A stretch of DNA of 64,000 nt, taken from contig OX597822.1 of assembly GCA_951406725.2 (NCBI GenBank), forward strand, positions 87,792,001 through 87,856,000, in the 5' to 3' direction. This document shows positions 62,450 through 64,000 of this stretch, one piece after another. Both the position numbers and the translations under genes were made by a program. The stretch is from Octopus vulgaris (taxonomy: Eukaryota). Each line of letters starts with the position of its first letter. The stretch's first letter is position 1. The notes under the pieces are model-generated. The model ran no database searches. It saw nothing but the letters and a program-made list of their open reading frames with translations, and had not been told where the DNA came from.

Positions 62450-62924
62450 TCTTGGATGTTGTCCAATGATACTAGTTAATCGTTCATAGACGTCGAGATG
62501 CGGTGCAAAGCTGATAGAAAATGGCACCATCGGCCTTACTGGTTTATGTACTGAAGCAAAGAATTTCAGACGCTTATTTCGTTTCATAAATAATTTTATT
62601 TTATGTCGGGATGCTTACACACAAAATGTTGGTGTTGTTAAAATGCAGAAAACATCTTTGAACAGAGTAACTTGGTGTATTGAATGTGCGCACACACAAA
62701 ATACAGTGCAATTGTATGGATCAAACATAGCGTATCACGAAAGATGGCATGGAAACAAAACAATAGTTATATAATTAGAAGCGCCCTCAAGTGGACTAAA
62801 TAAATTGTTCCAAAATTGCTGGGAACAAATTATAGTTTAAGGGTGATAATCGGAATTTGCTCCCTGATCCCAATCAAGGGAAATCACCCATTTTAAAGTT
62901 ACGATTTTTTCCGTCATTGCTACA
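62450..62924 (-). repeat. 5' LTR of the outer gypsy element (475 bp)
   Basis: Starts TGTAGC on the minus strand and is followed by the PBS; homologous to 53594-54126. Confidence 0.88.
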
Positions 62925-64000
62925 CAACCTTTTGGCTAAAATCAGAGTGCAAGATTTTACTATTAAACAAAATGGGTTGAGATTTTAGGTAAGAAATGTA
63001 TCAATGGTTTCACCTACCATTTTGATTTGACGCGCAGTCTATTGATGATAGATATATTTGCCATCATTTTTGATGTCACGAAAATACTAGTACACTCACG
63101 CAACTATGGTCCTTGTAAAACACATTTGGGATCTTTTCGGGGATCTTTTCATTTTGAAGGCCAGATTTTTCAGATTTTTCTAGTTAACTAAATAATTTGA
63201 AACTTCGTATATTGGTAGAATGTGTCAAAAGAAAACATTAATTTCAACTAGTTTTTTTGACAAAAATGTATTTTATAAGTTTAAACGTAGTTTAAATCTG
63301 CGAATTTTAACCAATCGTATTGTCTGTTTTCATTTGAAATAATTAACTGCATAGTGTTACTGTGACGTAGACAGCTATTGTGTGAAAATTTTAAACAGCG
63401 TGGGTAAGCAGTAAGCAAACAGCTGTGGTAGATGTGGTTATCATGGCAGTGGTGGTGGTGGTGTAGTGGTGACAGTGGATGTGTATGATGGCAGCAATTA
63501 TAGTGTTGGTGTTTTTGTAGAGGTGGTGATGGTGGTGGTGGTGGCGGCAGTGGGTGATGATAGTAGTAGTGGCATTGATTATGTTAGGATGTCTCAGTGG
63601 TGGTTGTGAAGATGATTCTGATATTGATAGTCTTTGCATTGAGGTGGTGGCAGAGTCAGAGTAAATAATAAGAGCCCAGTTAACACAAGATTCTTAAATT
63701 TCGGAGATCATAAGATAGAGAGCAAGAAGTTAAAAGTTCCAATACTGGCTCAATTCCTACACCCCAGATTCTTCAACTATTTTATAAGAAAGGGGTTAAT
63801 GGCAGGATAGGGATTCAGCTTAAAAATAAATCGTATAACAAAAAATACATAAATAAATTACTGTTCCAACGATGTAATTTTAGTATGTGTGTATGTATGT
63901 GTGTGTGTGTGTATGTATGGATCAAAACAGTTTGATTCAAATTCTGTGGTACTTATATATTCATACATACATATACATGTAGATGTATATAACATATATA

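Larger units (their letters stand above)
53594..62924 (-). mobile_element. Decayed Ty3/gypsy LTR retrotransposon, CsRn1-like clade (outer element)
   Basis: Direct LTRs at 53594-54126 and 62450-62924. Degenerate tRNA-Trp-type PBS at 62448-62437. gag (WFAQLDSYF; CWYH knuckle near 61400), protease (FMVDSG, 61249-61241), RT ([18 protein letters not shown] 60370-60359), RNase H (VFTDHKPL, DNIPVDALSR) and integrase (TTDRGRQFES, NGMVERFHRQLKAAL), with many frameshifts/stops. Flanks CAAG/CAAC may be an imperfect 4-bp TSD. Confidence 0.93.

Overview
AT-rich, microsatellite- and repeat-dense eukaryotic DNA; the SINE families and (TA)n/(CATA)n/(ATT)n tracts look like an octopus/coleoid cephalopod genome (inference). 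Two host genes are supported. The first is a complete 7-exon SPAG7 (R3H-domain) gene on the minus strand (30183->11837, 236 aa, all GT-AG introns with consistent phases). The second is a single-coding-exon cupin-domain gene on the plus strand (47550-47879). The right end holds a nested pair of LTR retrotransposons: an older, decayed CsRn1-like Ty3/gypsy element (53594-62924, minus) whose integrase is interrupted by a younger GC-rich element (55286-59042, plus, GATTC target-site duplication). The remainder is SINEs, LINE fragments (RTE, CR1, R4/Dong), Penelope-like remnants, a full-length dead mariner and several MITEs. Most notable: (1) the inner LTR element's primer-binding site is complementary to the 5' end (nt 1-12) of tRNA-Phe instead of a tRNA 3' end; (2) several unrelated short repeats, including a tRNA-headed SINE, carry Penelope-type minimal hammerhead-ribozyme motifs and occur as fold-back inverted repeats; (3) a -1 frameshift signal is left orphaned by loss of the protease; (4) an R4-like LINE end sits in (CATA)n. 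Family assignments come from motif recognition, not database searches.
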